From Podarcis filfolensis (lineage: Eukaryota), in the NCBI GenBank assembly GCA_964270895.1, contig OZ185435.1: a stretch of 64,000 bases of DNA; one strand, written 5' to 3'. A program made the translations under genes and the position numbers. Of the stretch, positions 48,501 through 60,984 are shown in pieces; positions within the stretch are counted from its first letter, which is position 1, and the number at the start of each line of letters is the position of its first letter. The notes under the pieces are model-generated. The model made no database searches and was not told where the DNA came from. It was given only the letters and a program-made list of their open reading frames with translations.

Positions 48501-51500
48501 TTAGCAAGAAAGAAGCAAAGATGCACACTTGCTCAAAACATCTGCAAACATCGGTACACATCTCTAGCTAATGGGTAAGATGACCCATCAAAAAGAGGTC
48601 CTCCTGAAAGCAAAGGGCTGTGGGGGGAACACAACTAGATCCTGAGACTTACGCAATGATGGTTTTGACAACAATGTCTTTTATCTTCTCCCAGATGGCT
48701 TCACTGTCAACTCCTTTCTGGGTCAAATAACTCCAAAGTGCCTTCAGTGCCCTGTGGAGACAGAACAGAGCATACAAGTGCATTAGGGTTGCCCCAGATA
48801 TTGTTATTAACTCCTCTCCCCCCATCTCTGAAGGAAAAAGGCAACATGAACGCAGAACTGACTATGTTTTTAATGCAATTTTATATAAACCACTTATGAG
48901 ACCTTTCTTTTTTGATTAAGTGGTCTATACATTTTGTTTAATAAATGAAAATAAAGTCTCTCTCCTATGGAAACAGTAGGGCCACATCTGGGCTACTCAG
49001 GACTAGAGAGGTAAGACAACATAAGCCAGTCAAGAACATAACACATACAAAAGGATTATCTTTCCTGCTCATCAATACTTACCACTTGTGACCTTGACAT
49101 GCAGTTTCATCTGTATTAGCCTTGTATTCAATATTCTTCTTGTTGATACTGTAATTAGTCAAGTGCATGTACTTGTTGTTGAGGCTCTTCACAGAGGGGG
49201 AATATCTGAGGTGAAGGAAGAACAAAAGTTTACACTAAGTAAGAAGACATCACTCATCAAAATGAAATGGCAAGAAGAGGGAGGAATGCTAGCAGTATGG
49301 GAGCTAAAAGACAGAGGCACACACACCAATCTTTAAGTATCTTCTCTAAGCTCCAGCCTGGTGTGTGTGAGAGAGAATGAGAATGAATGTGTGTGCTCCA
49401 CAGAGATATGACTGGTTTAATAATTCAAATTGTTAATCATCAAGAGTTGCTCTGACTTGAGTTATTCACCAACTTTGTCAGTTAACTAAACATCCAGATG
49501 CTTAGGAATTTGAAGTAATTATAATCTGTCTTATTATTTTAACTTTTGTATGTTTTAAAGTGCAGCTGTAATTTTTTTATTGATTTTCTTGTTTTATCTT
49601 TTTGTAAACCACTTTGAGGGTTTTTTTTAACAATCAAGCAGTGTATAAGTTTTATGAAATGAATAAAATAAAATAAATCATTTAATAATTGGCTATTTTA
49701 AATGCACACAGACTCAGCTACACAGTGCAAGCAAATAATTGGTTCTCAATAGTCACTGCTTAAACCAAAAAAAAGTGCACAGGCTGTAATACAAATGACA
49801 CCTGCAACCAATAGTTAGTCTACTGTTTTCAGAAAACATATTAAATCTGCTGTTCATGAATCTCAGCTTATCTTCTGACAAGCAGTCAACCCAACCCTCT
49901 TTCTGAGGTTACCAATTCACAGGAAACCTACTTGCAGCTGGCAAAACGAACAAGTCCATCTTTGAACAAGTAAACCCGAAGTGGATCATAGCATGTGACG
50001 TAAACATAAATCCTCAAGTCGAACTTGCTTCCACCAATGAGGTAGGGTTTATGTAAGTACCTGCAACAGAAAGATAGGTGAGCATACAGGAACCACATCA
50101 TAGAGTAGCCCTGAGATTTAGTCTCAAGAAGGTCAGGACATTGTCACCAGTGGAGAGGCTTGATGGAGATGGTTTCTGTCCCTAAGGGGTTTGGGAGACT
50201 GCTGATGAAATGCCAGCTTTCTCAACAAATGATACTCCTTGCCACAGCAAAAGGTTTCCTTTAGCCATATTTCTGAACCCATGTCAATATCGTAACAATT
50301 CCACAATTGCTCCACTCTTTAGCTGGAAGCAGAAGCAAAAGAAACAAACCCCACAGAACAATGTAAAGTTTTACAACGGCAGAACACATAATCAGAAACA
50401 AGTTGGTTCTTTGATACCTTAAGATATTAAAGCCAATCTTTTGTTAGCAGGGTGGGGAAAGACTGGCAGGGCGGGGGGACTTGCTTACCTTTGCACCAGC
50501 AGTGGCCTGCGCTTGGGCAGCTGGCTCCACTTATGGATGACCTGAATGCCGATGCCTCTAGCTGATGCTGGCTAAAGTGAGTGAAAGACAGAGAGCGATG
50601 TTCACATTGCATCCATTTGCTGCTATCCTACAATTCAAAGCTGGAACATCCGATTATAGTCTGGGAAGGTGGGGTACATGAAAGGAATTTGTTTTAATAC
50701 TATCAATCTTAAGACAAGCCTCCAAAGAAGCAGCCTCACAAAAATCTCAATGTAATTTTAAGTTCAGCAGTATGTTAAAATCAATTACTGTGGCAGCTTT
50801 TTCAAACACTGAGCATGTCAGCAAAGGCTTTTTAAGTCAATAAAAGCTTTGTACGTTCACAAGTTGGTGTATAGCAGCTTTGAGTTCCTTGCTGTCACTG
50901 ACTGATAAGCTAACTCCCTAGAGGTTTCAAAAACGCGTCTGGCTGTAGTCATGCAGTACAGTACAGACTGTGGCACCTGTCGAGTCTGAGAATATCTAGG
51001 GTTTTGAAAATACTTTAGTCCTCATGAAAAGAGAGGGGGCGCCTTTCTCTCTCTTTAGGAAATGTTTGAGGCTCCTAGGAACAGAAGGAGGCACCCCCTG
51101 CCTGTCTCCCAGTCTTCTCTCCTCGTTTACATGTTTAAGGGTGCCTCTTTTCACCTAAAACATTCAATGCACAAACACCTCAGATTCAATGACATGGGGA
51201 AATGCAAATGTGAAGCACTTTTATTCACAACCTTTACGAGGTTGCAAAGAATAAAAACCCAGGATATTTTAAAACAATGCACCAGGGAGGATTACACCTG
51301 TCCTTCCCAATATCAAGGAAATGAATGAAGAAGAAGATGGCAGGTGGGTTTTCAGACTGGTGCAGGTCCTACTTGCAGCAAGAGGGAGACCGACAGCCAA
51401 AAGGGACTATTGGGCTAAAGCTATGATATAGTCAAGAGGGAACCAGAATAAACAAGTCCATCTATAAGAAGAGAATATGCATTGTTGCTATAGTGGAAGG

Positions 51501-54500
51501 TGGGGGAGGTGTAGTTTACATTACCATTAATTATTGTTAAGTACACTTCAGTACCATCTAATTACTTAAGTTCTCTGAGTGGTTTACAGAGATTAAAACC
51601 ATGAAACAGAATACCTAAAATCTAAAGCAGAATAAAAACCACACAATACAAAAACAGAACAGAGCTCATCCCAAAGGCAGGCTGTCCCAACACAAGTCCT
51701 AAAGCCTGATGAAATGCATAAAAAAAAATCAGATTCATCCAAGAAAACCTGAAACTGGCAAGGCAAGGGAAAGCATGGCTATACCATGGCGGAAGGCACA
51801 CAAAGGACACACCCCTATCTCTATACAGGTCGAACCATATCTGTGCCCTCCCTCACCGGCTTCACAATCCATTTCTGTCGGCTCCCGCAATCTTCCCAAG
51901 CCTTTCTGAGCAGCTTGATATCCTGAGGAAGGATGAAGGACTGGGGCAGAAAGTTGAACTCCTTCTTCCCAAAGCGCAACTGCATTTTGGACACATTTCT
52001 CCACAGACGGTCCTTCCGACCAATTTGGAATGAGCCAGGAAAATGATTCAACTGCAGGAGGGAAAGGAAGAGACAAGAAAGGAGTAATGAGGTTTCCTGC
52101 TGCATCCTAGCTGGTAAAAATGCAAGATAAAGGTTCAACAGGGGGGTACCTTCTCCTCCAAATTCAGGGATAGCTGCAAGAACCTAGATTGGCCGTACAA
52201 CCCCCACCCCAAAAGCCCCTGGGCTGATACTCCCAACAGGTAGTTCCCATGAAGGAAGCATGCCAGCACTGAAGTTTCTACTGTCTTGCAAACCTAGGCT
52301 GCCTCCTTCAGAGGCACAGCCACCAAGAGAACATGAAGGGACTAAGGGAAAGAGAACATTGCAGCAGAAAACAGGGAAGTATCAGCTACATGCAGAGCTC
52401 AGATTGAGAAAATGGCAGAAAAGGCCAGAGTGAAATGCATCTCATGCCCTTTCCCCACACTGTATTATATTCTTTAATATGTCCTTTTGTAGTTATGACC
52501 ATATCTCATACCTTCTGGTGTTCTCTGATAACTCTGAACCCCGGAGATTTCATGTGATGGCCCCAGCAGCCCAGCCAGTCATTGTTTCCTGTTGGCAATA
52601 GGGCAGTTCACAGACTATTCTCTGAACATCACCAAGAACTGCAACAGTCTCAGGCATATAAGAATTTCAGTTTGGAAAATATGAATTGGAAATAATTTTC
52701 CTGCCTTATCCATGTTTCCCCTTCCACATGAACCAAGAGTGGCCTCATACGAGCAGCCACAATAAACCCTATTGAGAACTGTAAGGTAAAGGTAAAGGGA
52801 CCCCTGACCATTAGGTCCAGTCATGGCCGACTCTGGGGTTGTGGCACTCATCTTGCTTTATTGGCCGATGGAGCCGGCGTACAGCTTCCGGGTCAAGTGG
52901 CCAGCATGACTAAGCCGCTTCTGGCGAACCAGAGCAGCGCATGGAAACGCTGTTTACCTTCCCGCTGGAGCGGTACCTATTTATCCACTTGCACTTTGAC
53001 GTGCTTTTGAACTGCTAGGTTGGCAGCAGCAGGGACCGAGCAACAGGAGCTCACCCCGTCGCGGGGATTCGAACCGCCAACCTTCTGATCGGCAAGTCCT
53101 AGGCTCTGTGGTTTAACCCACAGCGCCACCCACGTCCTGAGACTGAGAAGTGTACACAACTCTAAAAAGATTGTGGCATCAGCATCACAGGGTATACTGC
53201 AACATCAAAGCCTATTCAATTACAGGTGAGCAGGCAGGAGATGTCAAATTAAAGCCCCCACAATCCCTATCTGTCTAAGTCTCCTCTTATTGGAAGGGTA
53301 GGGGGTGAAGGATTGCTGCATTTATCAAACAGCCTACTGTACTGGAAAGAGCAGCTACAGCTCTGCATTACGAGGCACAGAGCATCAGATGTATAAGCAA
53401 ACTCTACGAGAACTGCTAGGACATGGAGTTTTATTCCATGTCTTGAACATTCTTCCCCAGTTTGTAAGTACAGACCATGCTGCAGCTCTTGCTGTTCTGC
53501 AGTAAACATTAGCACTTTGTGGTCAGTATCCATCTTGACAAGAGCTGCCCAAGGGCATACACATAGGCAGAAGTGCCATGAAGCTTGCCCAAGACTTAAG
53601 AGGGAAGAGCCACAATTAGATCTGCAGCTTCATGATTTGCAGCATCTTTCAGAGTCCTCCATGCAAGGGAGGTGCATTAGAGTAATCAACTCTATGGGAG
53701 CTTTTTTTGCTCTGCTACTGAAGATCTGCATCTGAAAGTGGGACAATTCATTTCCAGACATTAGCACTATTCCAAGATAAAGCTGTGAGTCTGGGTGTAT
53801 TTAAGGCAGGAGGCAACATGCACCCACAGACCATTCCTACAATACAACTCACTCTTGCTGATTTTGAAGTGGGACCTGGAGATCGTTGCCTTTACAATGT
53901 TGGGAGTCACTGTGCTCATCTTCCATCGTAGCATCTTCCTCTGTTCCCAAGGAAGCTTCTCCACTAGGAAAGAAAGAAATCCTAAGGTTAGAAGGGAAAC
54001 CCAACCACGGGAGCATCTCCTTTGGCTGAGGACATCAATTTGTCATTAAGTGCTGGAAGGGTAAGATTTTTATTCAATGAATTTCAACAGAATCAGATCA
54101 CCAAGTGAAAGAAAACCTTTGGCAAAAGCTCTGTCACTTGTCCATAGAACAGTGGTTCTCAATCTGAGAAGCACAACACACCTGAAGGAATGTGCAAAGT
54201 TTCTGGGAGGAACAGGATTTTGAGGCAGGTGGGACTTCCCTCCTCTCATCAGTGAATAAATGGATAGGTTGAATGCCCTCTAACAGAGGATCCTAATTTA
54301 TTTTGGGGACAGGGGTGCAGCTGTTCCCCTACTTGCCGTATCATGCCAGTCTGATCTGGGAAGAGCTGCTGCCTTGCTCTCCATGCTATGGAATGGGACA
54401 GGTGGCTAGTTCTGAACTGGGGAGGGGGAAGGCAGACGTTTAAAAGGCAGATAGTGAAACTAAGCTCAAGAAGTTTGAGAAATTATGCTATATATAGCAA

Positions 54501-57500
54501 GAAGCATGCTGAGTCGGTCTATGTGCAAATCCCAACAGGTTAAGACCAGCTTTAATTCTTCAAAGACCAAAGGTTGTTGTGGTGCTGTGATAATGCCTGC
54601 TCTCCACTATGGAAGCACCCAGGCCAGAGCAAAATACGACAAATGGGACCATCTCTGCTACAAGGGAATCTGGATGTCCACTCACCCCATCATAGGGCAG
54701 GAAAGATACATGCTCCACCTATGGTGGGATTAAGATTGAGGGTCAAAGTGAATGCCCATCAAATATTACTGTACCTTCCAGCATCTCAGCTGCTGTTTCA
54801 GCCATTTCAGTTCTGAACCTCTTTGCTGGTGATCTCAAAATCCTACAGCTCCACAGATATAAATCTAGATTTAAGGTTTTCTCTTCACATCACCTGGAGA
54901 CCTTAGTAACTCCATTGGAAAGGCGTCATTACACCACACACTTAAATGACATGACCACATGCATCCCACCATCACCTCCCCACCCTAGAATCCACTCCAC
55001 CACTATAGTACACTAGGGTTTTCTGGCATTGCCTGTTTCGTGCAATGAATTTGGATCCACCTTACCTCTCTCATCCCGGGTACCAAAATATATTGTGGGA
55101 GGCACATTGGGGAACAGGCTGCATGTAAGAGCTGGCTTGAGAATTCGTTCTTGGCCCTCTAGTGTAGGCACCAATCCCTCCACGCAATTCCTAGGAAAAG
55201 AATACCAGGCACAGTTGGAGAAGTGAGCAGCACAACACTTTCTCTGGGACATCTGTTTCCATCATATGCCATTCAGTTTAATTCCTGAGGCTTTTGACCA
55301 ACACATTGACTGAGAAAGTGAGGTTTGCTTTGGCTGAGAAACACCAACCCAGAATGAAAACTAAGCTGCCTTTCAGCCCGACTGCTTAGCATCTCTGTTT
55401 CTCTTTGCAGATGGGCACAGCCAGCAAGTGCAAGCCAAGTGATTTCACCAAGGCAAACAGATCAGGGTCTTCAGGTGGCCATCCCATAGGATTATCCAAA
55501 AACAAAAGGATCCAATGCATTACAGACAGAACATTCCTAAAACGAACCTGGATATAATAGCTACAGAACCATTGGGGGATAATCCGGATGAAGAGGAGCC
55601 ATCTGATTCACCTAAAGAAAAAAGGCAAAAATAGTTTAATGAGTGAAAAATCTTGGCTACACTCCATGAACATCCTGAAGAAATTCAACCTCTTTTAGAC
55701 ATTCTCTCAGATAGCTGAACTTAATCCACAAGCAACTGTTACGTGACTGGAAGAATGTTTAAATAACAAACCACCTCTCTTGCCTCTACTCATGAGAGGT
55801 GTTTGCGTAATTTCAGAGTTTTCCCAGCAGCAAAGGAGCCGCTTACTGATAAGTGCCCCCGTGCAGCTACATTTAAAGGGCACCATAGTTTCTGCACAAT
55901 GACCTCAAATCAGATTCCGGATCTTGACAATGAGAGGATATCCATTATTTGCCTGCTCTTCCACACAGCCATCAATCTCCTTATTTGTACACCGTAATAA
56001 AGGACCCCATGGTAAGGTTAGAAGAGGATAGAATATCATTCCCTATGTCACTCCCCGTAAGTTAAAGTTTGCCTTCTATTTACAAAAGGATATCATCAGA
56101 GTGTTGAACCACAGTGCAATATACTAAAGCAATAAAATGGTTGAACTAAAACACAGCTGAAAATGTCAGGCTGCTACATCACAATGTTAGCAAGAACTAC
56201 AGTAATCACCCTAAGTGCAGCTTTCTTCCAAACTCTCATGCAAGAAAATTAGGGGTGGGGGACAGAATGGGTCAATACTCAGGGTGAGTAGCATTGTACC
56301 AAACCATAGCAAGACAGCAACAATTATAATAAATCCACACACAAGTATTTACTGGGTTTGATCAGAACATTCCTAGCACGAATACTGAAGATGAAGTCCT
56401 GTAGTTAGGATCTGCTAGCTGAGGGGCAATGGGATTTGACAGAAGCCGTATCATGCCTGCAGAATTCAAGATATGCCACCACCATGACAGATTTGTTGGT
56501 GGAACAGCTAAACTGGGGCACAGCTGTAAGCATCACACATATCTGTAGGTTGGGCTCTCGCTTCTCAGACTGAGTAGTAGTAGTAGTAGTAACAACTTAT
56601 TATTTTATTTATACCCCACCCTTCTCGCTGGGTTGCATAGGATACAGAGGCCCTTCCAGCAGCAGTGAATTAGTGTTGCTCTGCCTCAGTACTGAATGCT
56701 ATTACTGCTGTTTATGATCTAGAAATACTGTCAGGCCTTGTACATTCAATGGTAAAATTATCTCACTCTGAACTGTTTCAAGACAGTAGATTTAAAAAGT
56801 TTGTCTCTGGGTAACCAGAAAACAATTAACTGAATGCTTGATAAAATGCACCAGTAAAATGTAAATGGAGATCAGACTGTTGCTTTGCCTACAATAGCAG
56901 TTCACTAAATATCACTCAAAACAAGTTTTACAAGTGTAGAAAGTGCATAGGCTGAAGGTGCCCACAAGGCAAATTATAGTATTCAAGCTAGCAATTTTAT
57001 TTGTTGCAATACAGTTCTTTCTCTCTTCATATTATAGAGTGATTTGCAATATATCCATGCCCTAATAGTAAGCATGGACAACTGTAGTAGGAATCGTTTT
57101 AGCTTTTTACTAGATTCAAGCTGTGTTTTGAAATGACAGTAATTAGTATATTTGTATTAACAGAATAATCAGTGTATGAAAACCCTTCTCTGTTTTATGT
57201 GTGGTGAATAGGCTTGTTTGTACTTTGAAGAGAGGAAATAAATGTGACTGCTGACCTTCCCCATCCTCCTCTTCGCCCTCCTCATCCTGACTGCAGGCAT
57301 CTTCCAAGCCGTCCGGGAGCTCTTCCTCTACATCTTCCACCTCCGCTTGGTCCAGCAGGGGGAGGTTGACTGCAGCTCTACAACACAAAGGGTTACAGCC
57401 CTAAAGTGAAGCTCTGTAACTCCTCTCAGTTAGCAAAGCAAAAAGATCTCTACACCCAACAACAGACCAAGAGATCACAGACAAGGCAAGATATCCCAAA

Positions 57501-60073
57501 TAACTATTATAAACATTAACCCATGTTAGTGATAGAAGTGGTGTGGAGAGAAAGGGAGGAATAGTTCAAGTGGCAAATTTTGGACTTGACTTGTGGCACA
57601 CTTGTCAAAACAATGGGCTACCAGTGGTAAAGCAGAATGGTCATCTGATCTGAGAGACGTTTAGGAGACAGTGAAGGCTGCAAAACCATCCAAGGCGTAT
57701 CAAACACCGATTGATGACCAAGCTTAAATATGCTTACATCACAGGAACACTTTGCTACTAAGCTCTTTAGCGTATTTTACTATATCAAACACAGTCCTTA
57801 TCATAAGAAAAGGGTGATTAACCTCCAGATGCTGTTGGACTCCCACACCCATCAGCCCCAGCCAGCTAGGCCTGGGCGACATATCAATATATCGCCCAGG
57901 GCCAGTATGAGGAGCAGACCACAAAGTCGGCTTCACTCAGCGGTATATCGCTGGTGAAAGTGCCATCGCTCCTGAGTCCCTCTGCTAGTAACGCTCGCTG
58001 GAGGAAGTCAAGACTCTTGACTCCTTCCAGCAGGCGCTGCCAGCAGAGGGACTCAGGAGGAGCAGTGGTTTCATCAGTGATATACCGCTGAGTGAAACTG
58101 CCATCCCACTCTGCCCTCATATTGTGCAGAGGGAGAAACAAGCTTCATTGGCAAGGCGTCGATACTTTTTCCTCCCTCTGCATCTTTGAACTGCTCGGCT
58201 GAGGCATGTGTGGTTGCTACTCTGCTCAGCCGAGCAGTTAAAGGATCCCCCAGCCCAGTGCTGGCTCCCACACAAGTGGGGGGGGCACTGTTGGATTGGG
58301 AGCCTTCCCGCACCCCAGATGAGCCACGCAAACAAGCTGTGTTGTCCTAGCCCGCTAGGCACTAGGGTGAAACTGCCTCAGTTCCCACAGTGAGAGATGC
58401 AGCAGTTTCACCTGGTGCCTCACTGGCCGAGGCCAATGCAGCTTGTTTTTTCAACAGTGTGGTATAGCACCAGACCACGATGTTTGGCTGATGATATACC
58501 GCACTGTTGAAAAGCTGATATCGCCCAGCCCGACAGACATCATGGCCAATGACTCAGGGATTATGGGAAGTGTAAGCCAGCAACGCTTGGAGGGCTACAG
58601 GTTGGCAATTATTGCCACAAAGAGTACTGAAAGGGAAACACTAACCCACCCCAACAGACATATTTGCCAGAGTACTTACTCGGTCTCTTTCACAGTAACA
58701 GGGTTCCCCCATTTTGTATCCGTGCCTAACTGAAGAGAGGAAATTTTGGTCTCTACCTCAGAGACTGTAGTCCGTGGGGACAGCTCTGTTTTTACCACTT
58801 GTTCTCCAGCGTTTACAGAGGTGTGGTTGACAGTCTGACTCAAGGCGCAGTGGTTGGAAGGTTCAGGATTTGAGGCTAAGAAACGAACATCGATGCGTTT
58901 AGTGCAGACATCGGCAGCTTCTGTGACCATAAGGCTCTGGTGGCGGCTACCAGGCTCCAGATTTGGGGAGGTGGCAGCTGGTACGTCCTTTGGGGTGATC
59001 TGTGCTACTATGTGTGGCTTCCATCGATTGAAAAGACTAGAGTGGAAGTTTGCATTCATAAGGCAAGAGCTGTCAATGCGGTGACCAAATTCGTTGTAGG
59101 TGCTAACCTTCCGGATCCCATTTGCAGTCAGCTTCCGCATAGCTTCCGTCAACCGCACATCTTGCTCTTTCAGGTTCTGAGACCTGTTCTCACCATCTTC
59201 GAGTCGCCAGGAGGGCCGTTCCACTTTGAGAACCACGCCATTGTGAATGGCCGAGCGAGGAGATTTGGCACTGGGTTGCTCAAGAGTTATGCCACTGTTT
59301 TTCCCAAGCTTTCTTTCAAGGTTCGCAGGAGCGCCATCTCCATTTCCACCAGAGTGGGTCCAAGAGAAGCCAATAGGTCTTGACAAGCCTTTTAGCTTCT
59401 TATTTTCTGGTGGCAGCGGTTGGTGGTACTGCTGCTGCAAAGGCACTTTTGCACTAGTTGGCCGAAGGAAAGAGTTATTGTTTAGCACTGGCCTGTATGA
59501 ATTGGAGTTTTGCTTCCCTGAGCTTAGGGGAAACCCCTTTGACACTGGATTGGAACAGTCAGCAGCAGTATTCGGCATAAAGAATGGGTCTATGGCTGAG
59601 GATGTCATGGTGTTGTTAAGAACGGAGCGATAGGCAGGGAGTGGAGCACAAAGAGGTTTCTTCTCCAAAGAAGTTGGCTGCAAACAGATGGACTCAAGCC
59701 TCCGATAAGGCTTGTGTCTGAAGTAAGAACGTCGGTAGAGCAAGGTGCTTCCAAGGAAGTTTGGGAGAGCGTGGGGCAAAGGTGGAGGTGAAGTCAGGAA
59801 TGCTGTATCACTACATAATGACTCTGGGTACAAGAGGCGGGGACGCTGGGAAGAAATCCCTGAGTGGACCAATTGGAGGTCCTGAAAATTGGTCACATGT
59901 TTCTGTTCCAGCTGCCAAATGGGCTTCACCTGCTGCTTAGCAAGGTACCAGGCCTTACTCTCGTGAAGCTTTGCTGTGAGTGGCGGCACCGTCAGCCCTG
60001 GTGCAATGCCCACCTGGAACTGGTTTCCCCTCTTGAGGCCAAGGCTATAGGCTTCTGGCCCTACAGAGGCCAT
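42538..60073 (-). CDS. TTLL4: Tubulin tyrosine ligase-like 4 (polyglutamylase), complete CDS of about 1150-1190 aa
   Basis: Minus-strand exons: 58680-60073 (ATG; exon acceptor 60147), 57256-57377, 55548-55611, 55066-55190, 53853-53963, 52512-52588, 51857-52051, 50489-50571, 49932-50060, 49083-49205, 48653-48751, 48107-48241, 47530-47667, 46690-46792, 45289-45499, 44617-44687, 44313-44395, [candidate 42878-42988], last exon 42538-42691 or 42538-42733. All phases chain. Peptides: [107 protein letters not shown]. Confidence 0.95.
45875..46087. mobile_element. Second copy of the CAGTGGTACCTC MITE (213 bp), opposite orientation to 16625-16866, in a TTLL4 intron
   Basis: TA flanks, the same TIRs, and an interior matching the reverse complement of the first copy with an internal deletion. 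Confidence 0.85.
52781..53137 (-). mobile_element. Full-length Sauria SINE
   Basis: (AAGGTA)n tail followed by gggacccctgaccattaggtccag...ttcgaaccgccaacc...ccacagcgccacccacgtcc, the reverse complement of the tRNA-headed Sauria SINE with its BovB-like tail. Confidence 0.88.
57867..58533. mobile_element. hAT-type MITE (TAGGGCTGGGCGATAT-like TIR) inserted into an older MITE
   Basis: Ends are taggcctgggcgacata and gatatcgcccagcccga, with a degenerate 8-bp TSD (cagccagc / cagacatc). The halves of the host MITE join up across it. Confidence 0.7.
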
Positions 60074-60412
60074 GTAGAGCCATCCCACACTCTCAGTGAG
60101 TACAGCTGGTGAACCGGAGTCAGAGCGGCATCTTCACCATGACCAGCCTGAAAGAAACACACATGTGAACTTTACGAGGCCCAAAGGAAGCACTCCGGTC
60201 AATCTCTGTTGTCGTTGGTAAGATGTCGTTGGTGCCATCAAGGCTGAGAAAAAGACCAGATTACAGCATACAAAAGACCTGTATTATTATTTTTCAGAAG
60301 ACATCTGAAGGCAGCCCTGTATAGGGAAATTTTTAATGATTGATGTTTTACTTTATGTGTGTGTTGCTGGAAGCCCCCCAGAGTGGCTGGGGCAACCCAG
60401 TCAGATGGGCGG

Positions 60413-60946
60413 CACCGACCCCTCTCACTCTCCAGGCTTCAGGAAGCTGTCCGCAAGCCGTGGGAGAGCTGCCTGCACCCCGAAGCTCTCCCACCTCTTG
60501 CGGAGACCTGCTTTGGGGGCTGGCAATGGGGAGAAGCGCACTTCTCCCCATCGCCAGCCCCACAAGCTCGGGGGACAGCAGGGAGGCGGAGCGCCGCCAT
60601 CCCGCTATTCCCCGACCTGCTTTGGAGGCTAGCGGTGGGGAGAAGCTTGCTTCTCCCCATGGCCAGCCCCACAAGCTCGGGAAACAGCGGGAAGGCGGAG
60701 CGCCACCATCCCGCTATTCCCTGACCTGGTTTGGAGGCTGGCAGTGGGGAAAGCAGCGCTTCTCCCCATCACCAGCCCCACAAGTTCGGGGGACAGCGGG
60801 GAGGCGGAGCATGCCTTCCCACTGTTCCCCGACCCGGTTCTTCCAGCCCCATACCTGGGGGGAAATAAAATTTTTTTTCTTTATTTCCCCCCCAAAAAAC
60901 TAGGTGCGTCCTATGGGCCGGTGCGTCCTATGGGGCGAAAAATACG

Positions 60947-60947
<1 letters not shown>
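60413..60947 (-). mobile_element. Truncated member of the 2964-4421 MITE family carrying 3 x 109-bp tandem palindromic units
   Basis: The reverse complement of 60860-60949 matches 2962-3040 (ccgtatttttcgccccataggacgcaccggcccataggacgcacctagtttt). Repeat units start at 60505, 60614 and 60723. Confidence 0.7.

Positions 60948-60983
<36 letters not shown>
60948..60983. repeat. (TAT)12 microsatellite, beginning at the TA flank of the MITE
   Basis: Read directly from the sequence. Confidence 0.95.

Positions 60984-60984
<1 letters not shown>

Noticed and set aside
60176-60243. Apparent small non-coding TTLL4 exon (AG…GTAAAG)
   Set aside because: It would leave a 28-nt intron before the 60147 acceptor, which is too short. 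At most, 60243 is an alternative acceptor.
60505-60835. Regularly spaced palindromic repeats resembling a CRISPR array
   Set aside because: The units are fully repeated with no unique spacers, there are no cas genes, the context is eukaryotic, and the array sits inside a TIR element.
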